Assembly: GCA_028534125.1 (NCBI GenBank)
Contig: CM052818.1
Span: 25,360,001 to 25,424,000 of the forward strand
Source of the DNA: Lama glama
Lineage: Eukaryota
Length of the DNA: 64,000 bases
Reading direction: 5' to 3'
The notes under the pieces are model-generated. The model searched no databases. It saw only the letters and a program-made list of their open reading frames with translations, and had not been told where the DNA came from. Each line of letters opens with the position of its first letter. Position 1 is the stretch's first letter. The translations under genes were made by a program, and so were the position numbers. This document shows positions 1 to 11,445 of the stretch, piece after piece.

Positions 1-559
1 AGTAAATGGCTGTCTTCTTTAGACAAGACATGTATCTCTGATTTAACACAGTCCCCCTTCGATCCTCTTTGCTTATTTGCATAAACCAGCTTTGACTTCA
101 GGCAGAGATACTTTTGCATGATAGTAGAAGTGATGGGAGGAGGTGGAAGTGTACACAATCTAGCTGATAAGTAAGATTCTTCCAATTCTTATTTAAAATA
201 TCCACTAACCATGATTCTAAGCCACAAAAGACAAGGTTGAAATTATATTCCGTATCTGGATGTGCTCTTGGTAGCTCAAAATCTGCTTATAGACTTTCAT
301 GTGGGTATCTCCGTATCTTCCTTCATATGCTTCCTTTAGACCTATTGTACTATTGGCAGATACATCCAGCTTGTGTTATCTTACCTGAGGCTCCTTGGAC
401 ATGCTGTTTTCTTCACCTGGACTGCCTTTTGCTTGGCCTAACACTGTTCATCCTCTGGACTCACTAGACCTCAGATCTTTTCTCAGATCCTCAGGCCTGA
501 GTTACATAGTCTTTCTTTTAGTCTAAATATTCTTTTAGGACCCTAGCCTAGCATTTAAC

Positions 560-710
560 AGTTAATTTTAAATTCCTGTTTATTTACCTTCTCCCCACCC
601 CAACTAAATTGGGTGGTCCTTGAGAGCAGGGATGATATTTTACTCTCATTTTGTCCTCCATGCATACAGTGCCTGATACCTGGTTGACACTAAAGTTTGA
701 ATGAATGGGT
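560..710 (+). mobile_element. L2 3' end fragment
   Basis: ccttgagagcaggga...cagtgcctgatacc...tttgaatgaatg resembles the L2 3' terminus. Confidence 0.55.
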
Positions 711-891
711 GAGGGAAAACCCAAACAAAACTATTAGCTCTCTCCTTTCTACCTACCATGAGAAAAAAGCCTCTTGGTTAACAGCTTTATTATTTTATTT
801 GACTGGTTCAGAAATTTGGCGTCTTCTCTGACTTACTACTGCCGACACCCAGGCAGATCCTGTAGATTCATTCCCCTTTGACTTGTTCTGG

Positions 892-1166
892 TTTTTTTTT
901 TTTAGCTTTTTTTTTTATTGAAATAATGTGTCAATTTAATTTCTGGTGTACAGCACAATGTTTCAGTCATACATGAAAATGCATATATTCGTTTTCATAT
1001 TTTTTCACCCTAAGCTACTGTAAGATATCAAATATAGTTCCCTGTACTATACAGTATAAACTTGTTTACCTCTTTTATGTATACCAGTCAGTGTCTGCAA
1101 ATCTCGAACTCCCAGTTTATCCCTTCCCCCCACTCCCCACTCCATAACCATAAGTTTGTTTTCTGT
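892..1166 (-). mobile_element. 5'-truncated L1 3'UTR
   Basis: T-tract followed by atttctggtgtacagc...aatatagttccctgtactatacag...aaccataagtttgttttct. Imperfect flanking repeat tgacttgttct (879-889) / tgacatgttct (1166-1176). Confidence 0.85.
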
Positions 1167-1894
1167 GACATGTTCTTTTAATCTGTTCCCTCCTACTCCA
1201 GCTACTCTTGAGTCCTCTTTCCCAGACTGCTGCTTTAGCCTCTTAACTGAGTTCATTGCCCCTTACTTCTCTTTTATTTATTTTTTAAATTTCAGAAGTT
1301 ATAGGACACTTCTGAACATGTCACACTCTTGTTCAGAACATTTGGTGTCTTTTGAAGGCATAGAATGAAGTGTGTATTAAGCTTTTAGCATAGAATTGCT
1401 GGTGATCGATGACTTGGCTTCACCCTGCTTTTCTGAATGGATTGATACTGTAATCTTTATGCTTTAGCCAGACTGGACTACTACTTTTCCTGAATATGCC
1501 CAGAAGGTCTCACTGCATCTCTCAGTCTAATTCCTACCTTATGTATTGCATAAGTATATTATACCTACTATAGACCAATTATTGCCCTCAGCACTAAGGA
1601 TTAAAAAGTAATTGACATCACCCAGAAATGACTAAGTTCAAACATGATGGGAAGTGGCAAAGGGTGAGTTTGGAGAGGAAACTGGCTTATAGAGAATTTT
1701 TTGTATGTTAAGCTAAGGAGTTTGAATTTTACCTTGAGGTTATAGATGTCATTGAAGAATTTAAATAGAAGAGTAACATCATATTTGAATTTTAGAAAAT
1801 CCATTTTGGCCATAGAATAGAAAATGGATTGAAGAAGAATGAGACCCAAGGTAAGGGAGAAAAGTTAGAAGGCTAGTTTAACAATCTAGACAAA

Positions 1895-2030
1895 GGAGGA
1901 GGATATAGCTCAAGTGGTAGAGCGCATGCTTAGCATGCATGAGGTCCTGGGTTCAATCCCCAGTACCTCCTCTAAAAATAAAAAAAGAAGTAAACCTAAT
2001 TAACCCCCCCAAAAAGCCCCCCAAACAAAC
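1895..2030 (+). mobile_element. tRNA-Ala-derived SINE (camelid Vic-1 type)
   Basis: ggatatagctcaagtggtagagcgcatgcttagcatgcatgaggtcctgggttcaatccccagtacctcc, then the family tail taaacctaatta-ccccc and an A-rich end. A and B boxes present. Confidence 0.9.
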
Positions 2031-2403
2031 AGTCAAGTCAAAAGATGAGATGACCTTGAGGTAAGGGTGCATTTGAATTAGGATGGAAATGTGGGGATGG
2101 GTTTTATTTGAGAGGTGTTTAAGAGGCAAAATTGACAGGATATAGCAACTCACTGAGTGATTGGGGGAAGTGGTGAGAGCAGGAGGAATCTTTTCTGGTT
2201 TGAGTGCTTTTAGTCAAGATAGTGTAGGCGGAGAACCCTTTGGGGTGGCAAGAGTGGCATAATAAGATGAGTTTTGGATTTGACTTGAAATTCTTTTTGG
2301 GTTATCCACATGGACTTGTGAAATTGGCAATTGGTTGTTAGTATCTGGTGAAACAGATTTGGGACTTCTAGGTGGGTAAGTAGAGCCATGAGAATAGATG
2401 AAG

Positions 2404-2852
2404 CCTGTATCCATACAAAAACTTGTGCATAAATGTTCATGGCAGTTCTGTTCAGCAAAAAACTGGAAACAACCCAAATATCCATCAACAGGTGAATGAA
2501 TAAACTAATTATGATAGAGCCATACATTGGAATACTACTCAGCAGTAAAAATGAATCAACTGTTGGTATATATGACAATATTGCTGAATCTCAAAATAAG
2601 TTGAATGAAAGAAGCCAGACCAAAAAACCCTCACAGTGTATACTATATAACTCTATTTACATAACATGCTGACTAACCTGCAGTGACAGAATGCAAGTTA
2701 GTAGTTGTTTTGTGGGGAGGCTTTTATGTTCATTTGTTTGTACCCGTAGTTTCAGGAGTGTGTGCGTAAGTTAAAATTTAACAGATTATATGGCTCACGT
2801 ATGTGCAATTTATTGTATGTCAATTGTACCTCAAAGAAAATGTTAAAAAAAT
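2404..2852 (+). mobile_element. Old L1M 3' end
   Basis: aaactggaaacaacccaaatatccatcaacaggtgaatg...attgtatgtcaattgtacctcaa followed by an A-rich tail. Confidence 0.8.
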
Positions 2853-4439
2853 AAAGTAGATGAGGCCACTCATTGGAAATGGTTAGACGTAAGGGTGAAA
2901 TTGGGCTGGCATCAGAACTGGGGGAAGAGAATGGACAATAGGGTGTAGGGGGAGAGCAGAGGGAAAGGAGTGAGTACAGGTTAAGAAGGAAAGAGTCAGA
3001 AAGAATGGATCCTAGTGTCCAAGAAGCTGAGAATGGAAGGAGTTTCAAGAAAAGAGTTATGAACTGTGTCAGGCTATAGAAAAGTCAGGTAAGGTCCCTG
3101 AAAAGTGTTAAGATTTGATACCTAAGGGGTCACTTCTGGCTAAGCAGTTTCAGTGTCAGAGTAGAAGATGGAAGAGCATGGAAGAAGAATAGCAAGGACA
3201 AGTGACTTTTTTCAGATTTTTTTTTCCCCTAGAAGCTTGGAAATGAAGGGAAAAGAGATACTTCTGTAGCAAGAAGGGGATTCACGTTGGGGAAGACACT
3301 TGTATTTTATTTGAAGGTGATGGAAACTTGTTTATGTTGGGAGCCTTTGGGGAGGGAGCTGATAAAAGAATACTGGTAAAGATACTGAACAAGGAGATGA
3401 GATCAGGAACACAGCAGTGGGATTTAGCTTGAACTATTTGCCACGTACCATTTTAAGTGCCTCACGTGTGTTCTCTAATTGTTACAGGATTCTATTATGT
3501 CTATGTTATAAGAGAGAAAACTGAAGTTAGGAAAGGGTAATTTGTATAGAGTCCACATTTTTAAACAGTACTGATGATGTTATACTACCTCTGGCAGGAG
3601 TGATGACATCCTTTCTTCTAAGATGGAAGGGAATGAGGTTAAGATGGCTTCATAAGTTGGGGAGCAGGGGAGTTCATGCTAGGTAACTTATATTTTCATG
3701 ATGAAATGAAAGGCATGATCCTTTACATAGAGTGAGGAAAGAGAAATGAGTAATGAGTTTAAGAAGCTGATCAAGTCTTGGAATTGATGCTGTGGAGTCT
3801 GTAGAAGGAGCCAGCCAGAGAATTAGAAAGGAATTGCTGAGCAGTGCTGAGTGGGGAGATTATAAATTTGGAGTAACATTCATTGTGACATTTCTTCCAG
3901 CAGCATTGATCAGTTCAGGTAAATGGGTAGAGAAGGATAATTGGTTGCAGGTGACTGCAGTAGAGACAAAGAGTATAGGGATAGTTCAAATAATAGAAAG
4001 TACAGCTATATTGTAGACAGATAAATATTGGAGGTATAAATGAGAACTCCATGGATTAGAAATCCTGATTAGTTGAAGAGGATAATGGGAGCAGATAAAG
4101 GATTAAGATTAGAGATGATGATAATTATATTTTGAAGTTTAAGGATTCCAAAGATGAAAATGAGACAATTAAGAGCTGTGAAGTTGGTGTGTTGAATGAT
4201 GGGTTGCGTACATGGATGACGATGAAGTCCACAAGAATTGTGGTGTATATTGTGGAGAGGAAGACTAGAATCCAGCAGTGGTAAGGAGGTCCGGAAATCA
4301 CAGGGGCGAGGATGCTGTAACCAAATAGTAATAAAAGTGGCAGCTACCCGCCATATTGTATTTTTTTTATTACAGCTGTAGCTGGAATTTGGGAGAACTT
4401 TGCACTTCATTTTAGAATATTTTTTGACTTGTAATTAAG

Positions 4440-4830
4440 TTTTTTACCCAACATTTATTATGAAACATTAAAAATGTACAGAAAAGTTGAAAGAATTGCT
4501 CAATAAACACCCATATACCCATCACCTAGATTCTACGCTTTACGTTTTACTGTTTTCTTTATCACATGCTTGTCCTCTCTATCCATCCACCAATCCGTCT
4601 CATGTATTGATGGATTTCAGGGTAAATTGTGAACATTAGTGCACTTTACCCCTAAACACTTCAGCATGCATGTCATTAACTTAGAGTTCAGTATTTATTT
4701 ATGGTTCTTTTTGTTTTTTGGGTAAAATTTATGTACAGTGGAAGACACAAATATTAATTGTACGTTTAATGAGTTTTGGCATATGAATACCACTCAAGCT
4801 TCTACCAAGATTTTGAGCATTGCTTAAACA
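4440..4830 (-). mobile_element. Old L1M (L1MC/L1ME-like) 3' fragments
   Basis: tgtacagaaaagttgaaagaa...acacccatatacccatcacctagattc motif. Confidence 0.55.
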
Positions 4831-5003
4831 GTATGACAGTCTTTGAATTTCATATCATTTACCTTGATTTTTAGCTGAGAGTTGGATAGTTAGCCCATTT
4901 TTATTTAGATATTTTAATGTTTATAAGATATATCTAGAAGATTTTGTGCATTCTTGCCTTTCTAAATGTGTAAAGTCGTAGTTACAAGGAACAACATTTT
5001 TAT

Positions 5004-5059
5004 TTTTTATTTTTTTATTTTTTTTACATTTTTTATTGATTCATAATCATTTTACAGTG
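5004..5059 (-). mobile_element. Ultra-short young L1 3'-terminal insertion (56 bp)
   Basis: Perfect 16-bp TSD ggaacaacatttttat (4988-5003, 5060-5075). The body acattttttattgattcataatcattttacagtg matches the L1 terminus at about 44225-44258. Confidence 0.9.
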
Positions 5060-5339
5060 GGAACAACATTTTTATATTGTTTCCACCACATAAATTAATC
5101 TTATGAAATAATTCAAGAAAAGGTTGGAAAACCACCTTTCAGGAGTACTTGGAGTGATTCCTACTTCTCAAGACAAGTTGGTTAGCTGACCTCTAAGGTT
5201 CCTTTTGACTTTCAGTTCTATGATTATGTCAGAGAGGAGAAAGGGTGGCTGCTGGGCAAAGCAGAGACATGAATGATTACTAACAAGCAGTCTTATGTCT
5301 TCATTTATATATAACCTGAATAAAAATGCAATTCAATGC

Positions 5340-7432
5340 AAAAAAAAGATAAGGCTCATTACCGTCACTCCTAAAATATTCCTCATGTGCCTTCTCAGTC
5401 AATTCCTGTCCCCACCTCCCAGAAGCAACTGCTATTCTGATCTTTTATCATCCTACCATAGATTAATCTTATCTGTTTCGGCTATCATATAAATAGAATC
5501 ATACAGTGTATATTTTTGGTAAGGCTTTTGCGATTGTGTTTATTAAGATTTCAGTCCTTTTTTCTATCATATGAATATGTCAGAGTTTGTTTATCAAGTG
5601 GATATATACCTGGGAGGTTTCCAGTTTGGGGCTGTTGCGGATAAAGCTGCCATGAATGTTTTTATACAGATCTTATTGTAGAAATCTTTTCTTTTGGATA
5701 AATACCAGTAAAAATGGCTCATAGACTAAATGTCTGTTAGTTTTGTAAGGAACTGCCAGACCTTTTCTCACAGTGGTTGTACCATTTTGCATTCCCAAAC
5801 AGTATATGAGAGTTCCAGTTGCTCCACATCCTTGCCAGTATTTGGTGTTATTTGTCTTTAATTTTAGTCATTGAGATGGATTTGTAGTGATATCTCACTG
5901 TGGTTTTAACTTGTGTTATTCTGATGACCAGTGATACTGAGCGCTTTTTGATATTCTTTTAGGTTATTTGCATATCTTCCTTTGGGCAGTGGCTGTGTAA
6001 ATCTGTTGCCCATTTGAAAAATTGAGTTGTTTTTAGTTCTTTATATATCCTGGTTAACTGTCCTGCATTAGATATATGTTTCATGAATGTTTTCTTGTAG
6101 CTGTGGCTTGTCTATATTGATGGAGTCACATTTATAGTTTTTTTTTCTTTTAAGGTTATTGCTGTGTGTCCTAGACCCCTTGCCTGCCATCAAGTCATAA
6201 AAACATACTTCTAATGCGAGTTTCTAAAAGCTTTATAGTTTTAGCTTTTATATAATCTGTGGTCCATTTCAAATTAATTGTGTATGATACAAGGTAGGAA
6301 CTGAGATTCTTTTTTATGCTCATATCTAGTTATTTCAGAACTTTTTGTTGAAGAGACTTTCCTTTCCCTGTTGGATTGTGTTGATGTTTTTGTGAAAATT
6401 AAATGAATATATATTATATATTTGTGTAAATGTATATTTAAATATGTAATATATGTGAAGTAAATATATATGTATTTTTCTAGAGTCTCCATTCTTTTCC
6501 ACTGGTCTTTTGTTCATCTTTACACCAATACCACACTATTGATTACTGTAGATTTATAGTAAGTCTTGTGGTTAGGTAGTGTAAGTCCTCCAATTTTGTT
6601 CTTTTAAAATGTTATTTTACTATTTCTAGATTTTGTATATAAAGTTTGAACCATCCTATCAATTTCTACCAAAAAACCTTGGTGAGATTTTTATTGTAAT
6701 TGCATTGAACTTGTAGATCACTAGGGAGTATTGACTCTTAATAGTATCAGATCTTTGGATCCATTAATGTGGTATATATCTCCATTTATTTAGACTTTTG
6801 AATCTCTCTCAGCAGCACTTCATAGATTTCAATATGTAAGTCTTACTTGTCTTTGGTTAAGTTTAATCTGAAATATTTTGTTTTTTGGTGCTGTTGTAAA
6901 TTGTAAAATTTTATTTTCCAGTTGTTTGCTATGAGTATGTAAACATGTAGCTGATTTTTGTATATTGATCTTGTATCCTTTGACCTTACTGATAGTTGTT
7001 TTATAGATTCCATAGAATTTTCTCCATAATTATATCGTCTGCAAATAGAGGCAGTCTGACATTTATTTCTTTATTTCTTTTTCTTGCCTTGTTTTACTGG
7101 TTAGACTTCCATTACATTGTTGAATCAAAGTAGTGAGAATAACCATCCTTACCTTGTTCTCATTCTTAAGGGAAAAGTATGTCTTATTTCACTATGGAGT
7201 GTGATATGAGCTGATAGTTTTCATTGATTCCCTTTATCAGATTGAGGGTTTCCCCTTCCATTTTTAGTTTTCTGAGAGTGTTGGGGTTTTCTAAAATTAT
7301 AAATGGATGTTGAATTTTGTCAAGTGATTTTTCTGTCTGTTAAGATAACCATAGGGTTTTTCTCCTTTATTCTGTCAATATTATGGTAAGTTACATTGAT
7401 TTTGGATGTTAACCAACATTTCCTGGGTAAAC
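5340..7432 (-). mobile_element. Old L1M (L1MC/L1ME-like), 3'UTR plus degraded ORF2
   Basis: Continuous antisense L1 motifs (gagagttccagttgctccacatccttgcca; ccatccttaccttgttctcattcttaagggaaa). Confidence 0.85.
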
Positions 7433-7439
7433 CATGGCA

Positions 7440-7690
7440 CATAGCATTTTATTGAGTTCCTGCTTTGTGCCAGTATTCTAGACACTATGCTTGGTACTTT
7501 ATGTACTTATCTCTGTTCTACCTATTGATTTTTCAAGGTGGTAATTTTTACAGCTGAGTTTTACAACTGAGAAAATGGATCCTAAGAGAGCCAAATTGCT
7601 CAAGATCTTATAACTGAGTAGAATCCAGATTTGATCCTAAGCCTGTCTGGCTTCAAAGACACCTCTTTCTGCTATACCGTGTTGCTTCCT
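7440..7690 (-). mobile_element. MIR
   Basis: tttattgagttcctgctttgtgccag...ttttacaactgagaaaatgga...gcctgtctggcttcaaag. Confidence 0.65.
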
Positions 7691-7715
7691 TTGAGTAGAC
7701 AGTATAATACAGAAC

Positions 7716-8052
7716 AGTGGTGTTGTAATTGTCCTGTACCTTAGATTTTAGGGAGGAAGTTTCTTAGGACAGAAGGAGGTGGAAGGAAGAGGTTTTGAAA
7801 TCCCTTGCTTTAGGCTTAGAAGCACAGCTCTTTTACATCTTGGGGTTCTGCATAGGATTGCATTTGTTGGAAGGGTTCTGCTGCATTAAAAAGAGTTTTG
7901 GGGGGAAGGTATAGCTCTGTGGTAGAGTGCATGCCTGGCATGCATGAGGTCCTGTGTTCAATCCCCAGTACCTCCACTAAAGAAAAAAAAAAAGTAAATA
8001 AATAAATAAACCTAATTTAAAAAAAAAAAAGTAAGAGTTTTAAAGGCACTAG
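7716..8052. mobile_element. Degraded hAT/Charlie MITE (MER103-like) carrying a SINE near its end
   Basis: cagtgg start and gggttctgctgcattaaaaagagtttt...cacta end motif; recognised from memory only. Confidence 0.35.
7900..8032 (+). mobile_element. tRNA-Ala-derived SINE (Vic-1 type)
   Basis: tRNA-like head and taaataaacctaatt tail with poly-A. TSD aagagtttt (7891-7899, 8033-8041) at a TT/AAAA site. Confidence 0.9.
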
Positions 8053-8289
8053 TTAGTGAATAGATAACATAGACCGTAAAGGAAAGGGCTAAGATGTAAT
8101 GGTCTTGGGATGGCAGTAGGAAGCTAGGAGACTATCTTTGTGTGCTTGTATTTGGGAATGAAGGAAGTGATATTTTAAGTGGGAGTGATCCAGGTGAGGA
8201 TGAGGAGGAAGTGTGTTTGTTCCAAGGGTTTGTGGTGGCTTGGAGCTCAGGAGGGGCTCAGCATCTTGGGAATTCTGAGTAGCTGGAGT

Positions 8290-8700
8290 CTGGACTGTGG
8301 GACCAGATCTTGTGAACCAAATTATTGCATTTTATCTTTTGAGCAGTTGAGAATCACTGGAGGGTTTTAAGTAGGATATTGATAACTAGATATGAAATTT
8401 GAAGGATCATTATTTGCTCTGTGGTATCTAGATTAAATGATAGCAGAACTGTAAGCAGGAAGGCAAGTTAGGAGATTTTGCAGCAATCATGGAAGAGATG
8501 ATGGTGGTCTTGACTAGGGATGTAGCTGTGGGGATAAAGAAAAGTGGACTGATTTTCAACTTAGAGTTAGATTGGTGGTTGAATATCAGGGTAGTAAGAG
8601 AGAGAGGAGTCAAAGCTGATTCCCAGGATTCTGGCTTAGGAGTCTAAGTGGTAATGTTGATGAGTGAATACTGGGAGAGTAGCACCTTTGGAGGGGAACT
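8290..8700 (-). mobile_element. L2 fragment
   Basis: cactggagggttttaagtagg...gagagaggagtcaaagctgattcccaggattctggctt. Confidence 0.65.
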
Positions 8701-9322
8701 AAGAAACCATCAGTACTTTGGGAATGAGAAAGTGTGAGAGAATTGTGATAGAAAGGATTTACGCATTGCAGTTAGCCCAGTATGGCAAACATGGAAGGCG
8801 TCTTTGTTGGACTTTCCTCATTAATTATGGGCAGGTGCAACCTGAAGGCTCTGATGATGTTTTTCAGTGTACGTTTCAAATGCCATCTCCTCTACAAAGT
8901 CTTTCTACTTCAATTTCATGCCCTGAGTAGAATCAGTCTCTTAATTTCTTTAGTACTTTGTACCTTAATTTTAGTACTTATTGACAGTCTGCCCTTTAAA
9001 GTGCTCATCTCCCAGTATTCACTTCTTCATTGGGAGTTATTTTAGAGCAAGATATGATCCTGGTCACTTTTTTGTTTCCTATAATGCTTAGCGTATTTCT
9101 CATGTATAGCAGGTGCTCAGTATACATTTGTTAAGTTGTGTGGTTCTGAGCCTTTCCCCTCAAGAATATAGTTACTGATGAGTTTGGTAGGTCATAGTTG
9201 AGATCTTCACCAGTCAAAAGGCATTGGAATTATCATGTTTGGTGTATTCTATTTTAGCGAATAGGGAAACAAATACTATACTTTAGAAATAATTCATTTA
9301 AAGTGGCTAAATTAAAAAAAAA

Positions 9323-9765
9323 TGTAATGCTTCAAGGGAGAAGCAGATGCCAAGATGGGAATAAGCATGCAAGATATTTATTAGGAGAAGTGCTTCTGAG
9401 AGAAAACGAGGAAGGAGGCAGGGAGAGTCGTCAGACCATGATGCAAGTCTGACTCCATGTGAAGGAGAGAGGCAAGGAAGGAAGGAACTTTGGGTGAAAG
9501 TGTTGTAGACTGCAGTACAGTTCTAAGGAAAGTCCACCCAGATCTCAGGAAGTCCTTGAGTGAAAGTTGCCTATCACAGGGATTCCTCACCTCCCAGGAC
9601 TAGGCCTGCTTTAGTATGCCTTTGGTGCTCATTGACTGGGAGCAGTCAGTAACAACTGTGGCCTCCAAGCACTGTGATGGATTTCAGAGTGCAGCAGCTG
9701 GGGCCCTAAGTCGGTTATTTTTCCTGGAGTCAGAGATCTGAGAGGTTCATTCTTTTAGCCAGCCA
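9323..9765. mobile_element. Old ERVL-class solo LTR (LTR16-like)
   Basis: gcagatgccaagatggga...tgcaagatatttatt...cagaccatgatgcaagtctgac...gatggatttcagagtgcagcagctgggg resembles the LTR16 family from memory. Confidence 0.55.
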
Positions 9766-10340
9766 GGGCCATCTCTGGCTAGAAGTAGCCTGATTGGGGA
9801 TAATTGAATTACAGTGTTCCCCCACTTAAAGTGGGTAATCTGTTCCCTCTATTACTGCTTATGTTTTAGAAAATATATCTTAGGATGAATTCTTAAAGTC
9901 AAAACTTAATTATCATGATATTAATAGTACAGTTTGCTTTAGCAGTTATCAAAGTTTACATTTCATATTCATGATTATTTCATAGTTAAACATTTAATGT
10001 ACAAAAACATAAAGCACTAAAAACAAAGGAAAACAATGCAAATAATACTCATTATTATACGAGCTAGTGAATCAAGAACACTTCAAGCACTTCAGCAATA
10101 CCTTGAGTAGTCCAGCCATCCAGTTATGAAGATGAGTGCTTGTTGATTTTCCTTTCTAGTCTGAACTACCTCAGGCCGACAAACACAAGTCAATAAAAGA
10201 AATTTCTCATAAAGTCAAATTCTGAAAACCTCCCTTTGGAGTTGGGGATGGGGGCATACACTGTAGAAAAGAAGTAATTTAAACTTCTGGTTTTATGGAC
10301 CCTGAATTATTCAGATACTATTTTTAAAGTAGGTATTTTA

Positions 10341-10496
10341 TTTATTTTTAGAGGGCTTTTTTTGTTGTTGTTAACTTTTTTTGTTTGTTTTGGGGGAGGT
10401 AATTAGATTTATTTTTAAATGGAGGTACTGGGATTGAACCCAGGACCTCATGCATGCTAAGCACAAACTCTACCACTGAGCTATACCCTCCCCACC
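10341..10496 (-). mobile_element. tRNA-Ala-derived SINE (Vic-1 type)
   Basis: Antisense head ggaggtactgggattgaacccaggacctc...gagctatacc. Perfect 16-bp TSD taaagtaggtatttta (10325-10340, 10497-10512). Confidence 0.92.
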
Positions 10497-10573
10497 TAAA
10501 GTAGGTATTTTAAAACTGTAATGGGAAGATGATTTTGAGAAAAGTTTCCTTAATGCTGCTTTTCTGCTTTTTT

Positions 10574-10696
10574 GTTTTTTTGAGGGGGAGGTAATTAGGG
10601 TTATTCATTTATTTTTTAGAGGAGTTACTGGGGATTGAACCCAGAACCTCATACATGCTAAGCACAAACTACTGCTTGAGCTATGCCCTCCCCACC
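10574..10696 (-). mobile_element. tRNA-Ala-derived SINE (Vic-1 type)
   Basis: gggggaggtaattagg...ctggggattgaacccagaacctc...gagctatgccctcccc; degenerate TSD around ctgctt. Confidence 0.9.
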
Positions 10697-11052
10697 TCCT
10701 GCTTATTTTTGACTGTTTCGTTTATTCACCAGATTTGTTACTTATTGTATGGCACGCATTAGGGACATACAATTAAAAAGTAAAACATAATTGTTGCTTT
10801 TATGAAACTTGTATCTGGTGATAAAAAAGGTCTATAATCTGGCCGTATACATTAAAAGCAACCCAATTGCAAATGGGATCAATCCTAGTATATAGAAAGT
10901 TGTTTGGTGCAGGGTTTAAGAAAACAACAACAAAAACCCCCAAAACAAGTCTTGGGATAAAAAAAATGTTGAGTTTTAAGTTAACAGACACTTTTTTTAA
11001 TAAGCTAACTTAAATTCCAGTTTTTTTTTCAAATTATTTATCTCCCGTATTT

Positions 11053-11198
11053 CTTTTTTTTTTTTACCATTTTGTTTTATTTTTTTTTTGAAGTATAGTT
11101 GATTTACAATATTATATAAGTTTAAGGTGTGTAACATAGTGGTTCACAGTTTTTTAAAGTTATACTCCATTAATAGTTATAAAATATTGGGTATATTT
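11053..11198 (-). mobile_element. Short L1 3' end
   Basis: T-tract followed by gaagtatagttgatttacaatatt...gttataaaatattgg. Confidence 0.75.
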
Positions 11199-11445
11199 GG
11201 TACCTCCTGCATTTTAATATTCTTAGTTATTCTCTTATAATCCCTGAAAGAAAATTTTTCCCTTTCTATCTAGACAACTCCCATTTTCTATCTTACTTAT
11301 AATTTAAACCATTTGCAAGTAAGATTTCAGTATATGATCCAGTACTTTGTAATGGAATGCACTTATAATTACATTCACATCTATTTTGTTTAAGGACTTG
11401 CATAGGATTCTGATTTCTGTACACATACTTAATAACTTTCTCTTA

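Larger units (their letters stand above)
1700..4330 (-). mobile_element. Fragmented L2, interrupted by a SINE, an L1 3' end and a MIR
   Basis: Purine-rich L2 antisense motifs (ggagtttgaattttta...ttttagaaaatccattttggc; gatgagttttggatttg). Boundaries approximate. Confidence 0.55.

Noticed and set aside
3570..3775. Possible box C/D snoRNA (tgatga motifs at about 3572 and 3601)
   Set aside because: No suitably spaced D box with a terminal stem, and the region lies within decayed L2/MIR sequence.
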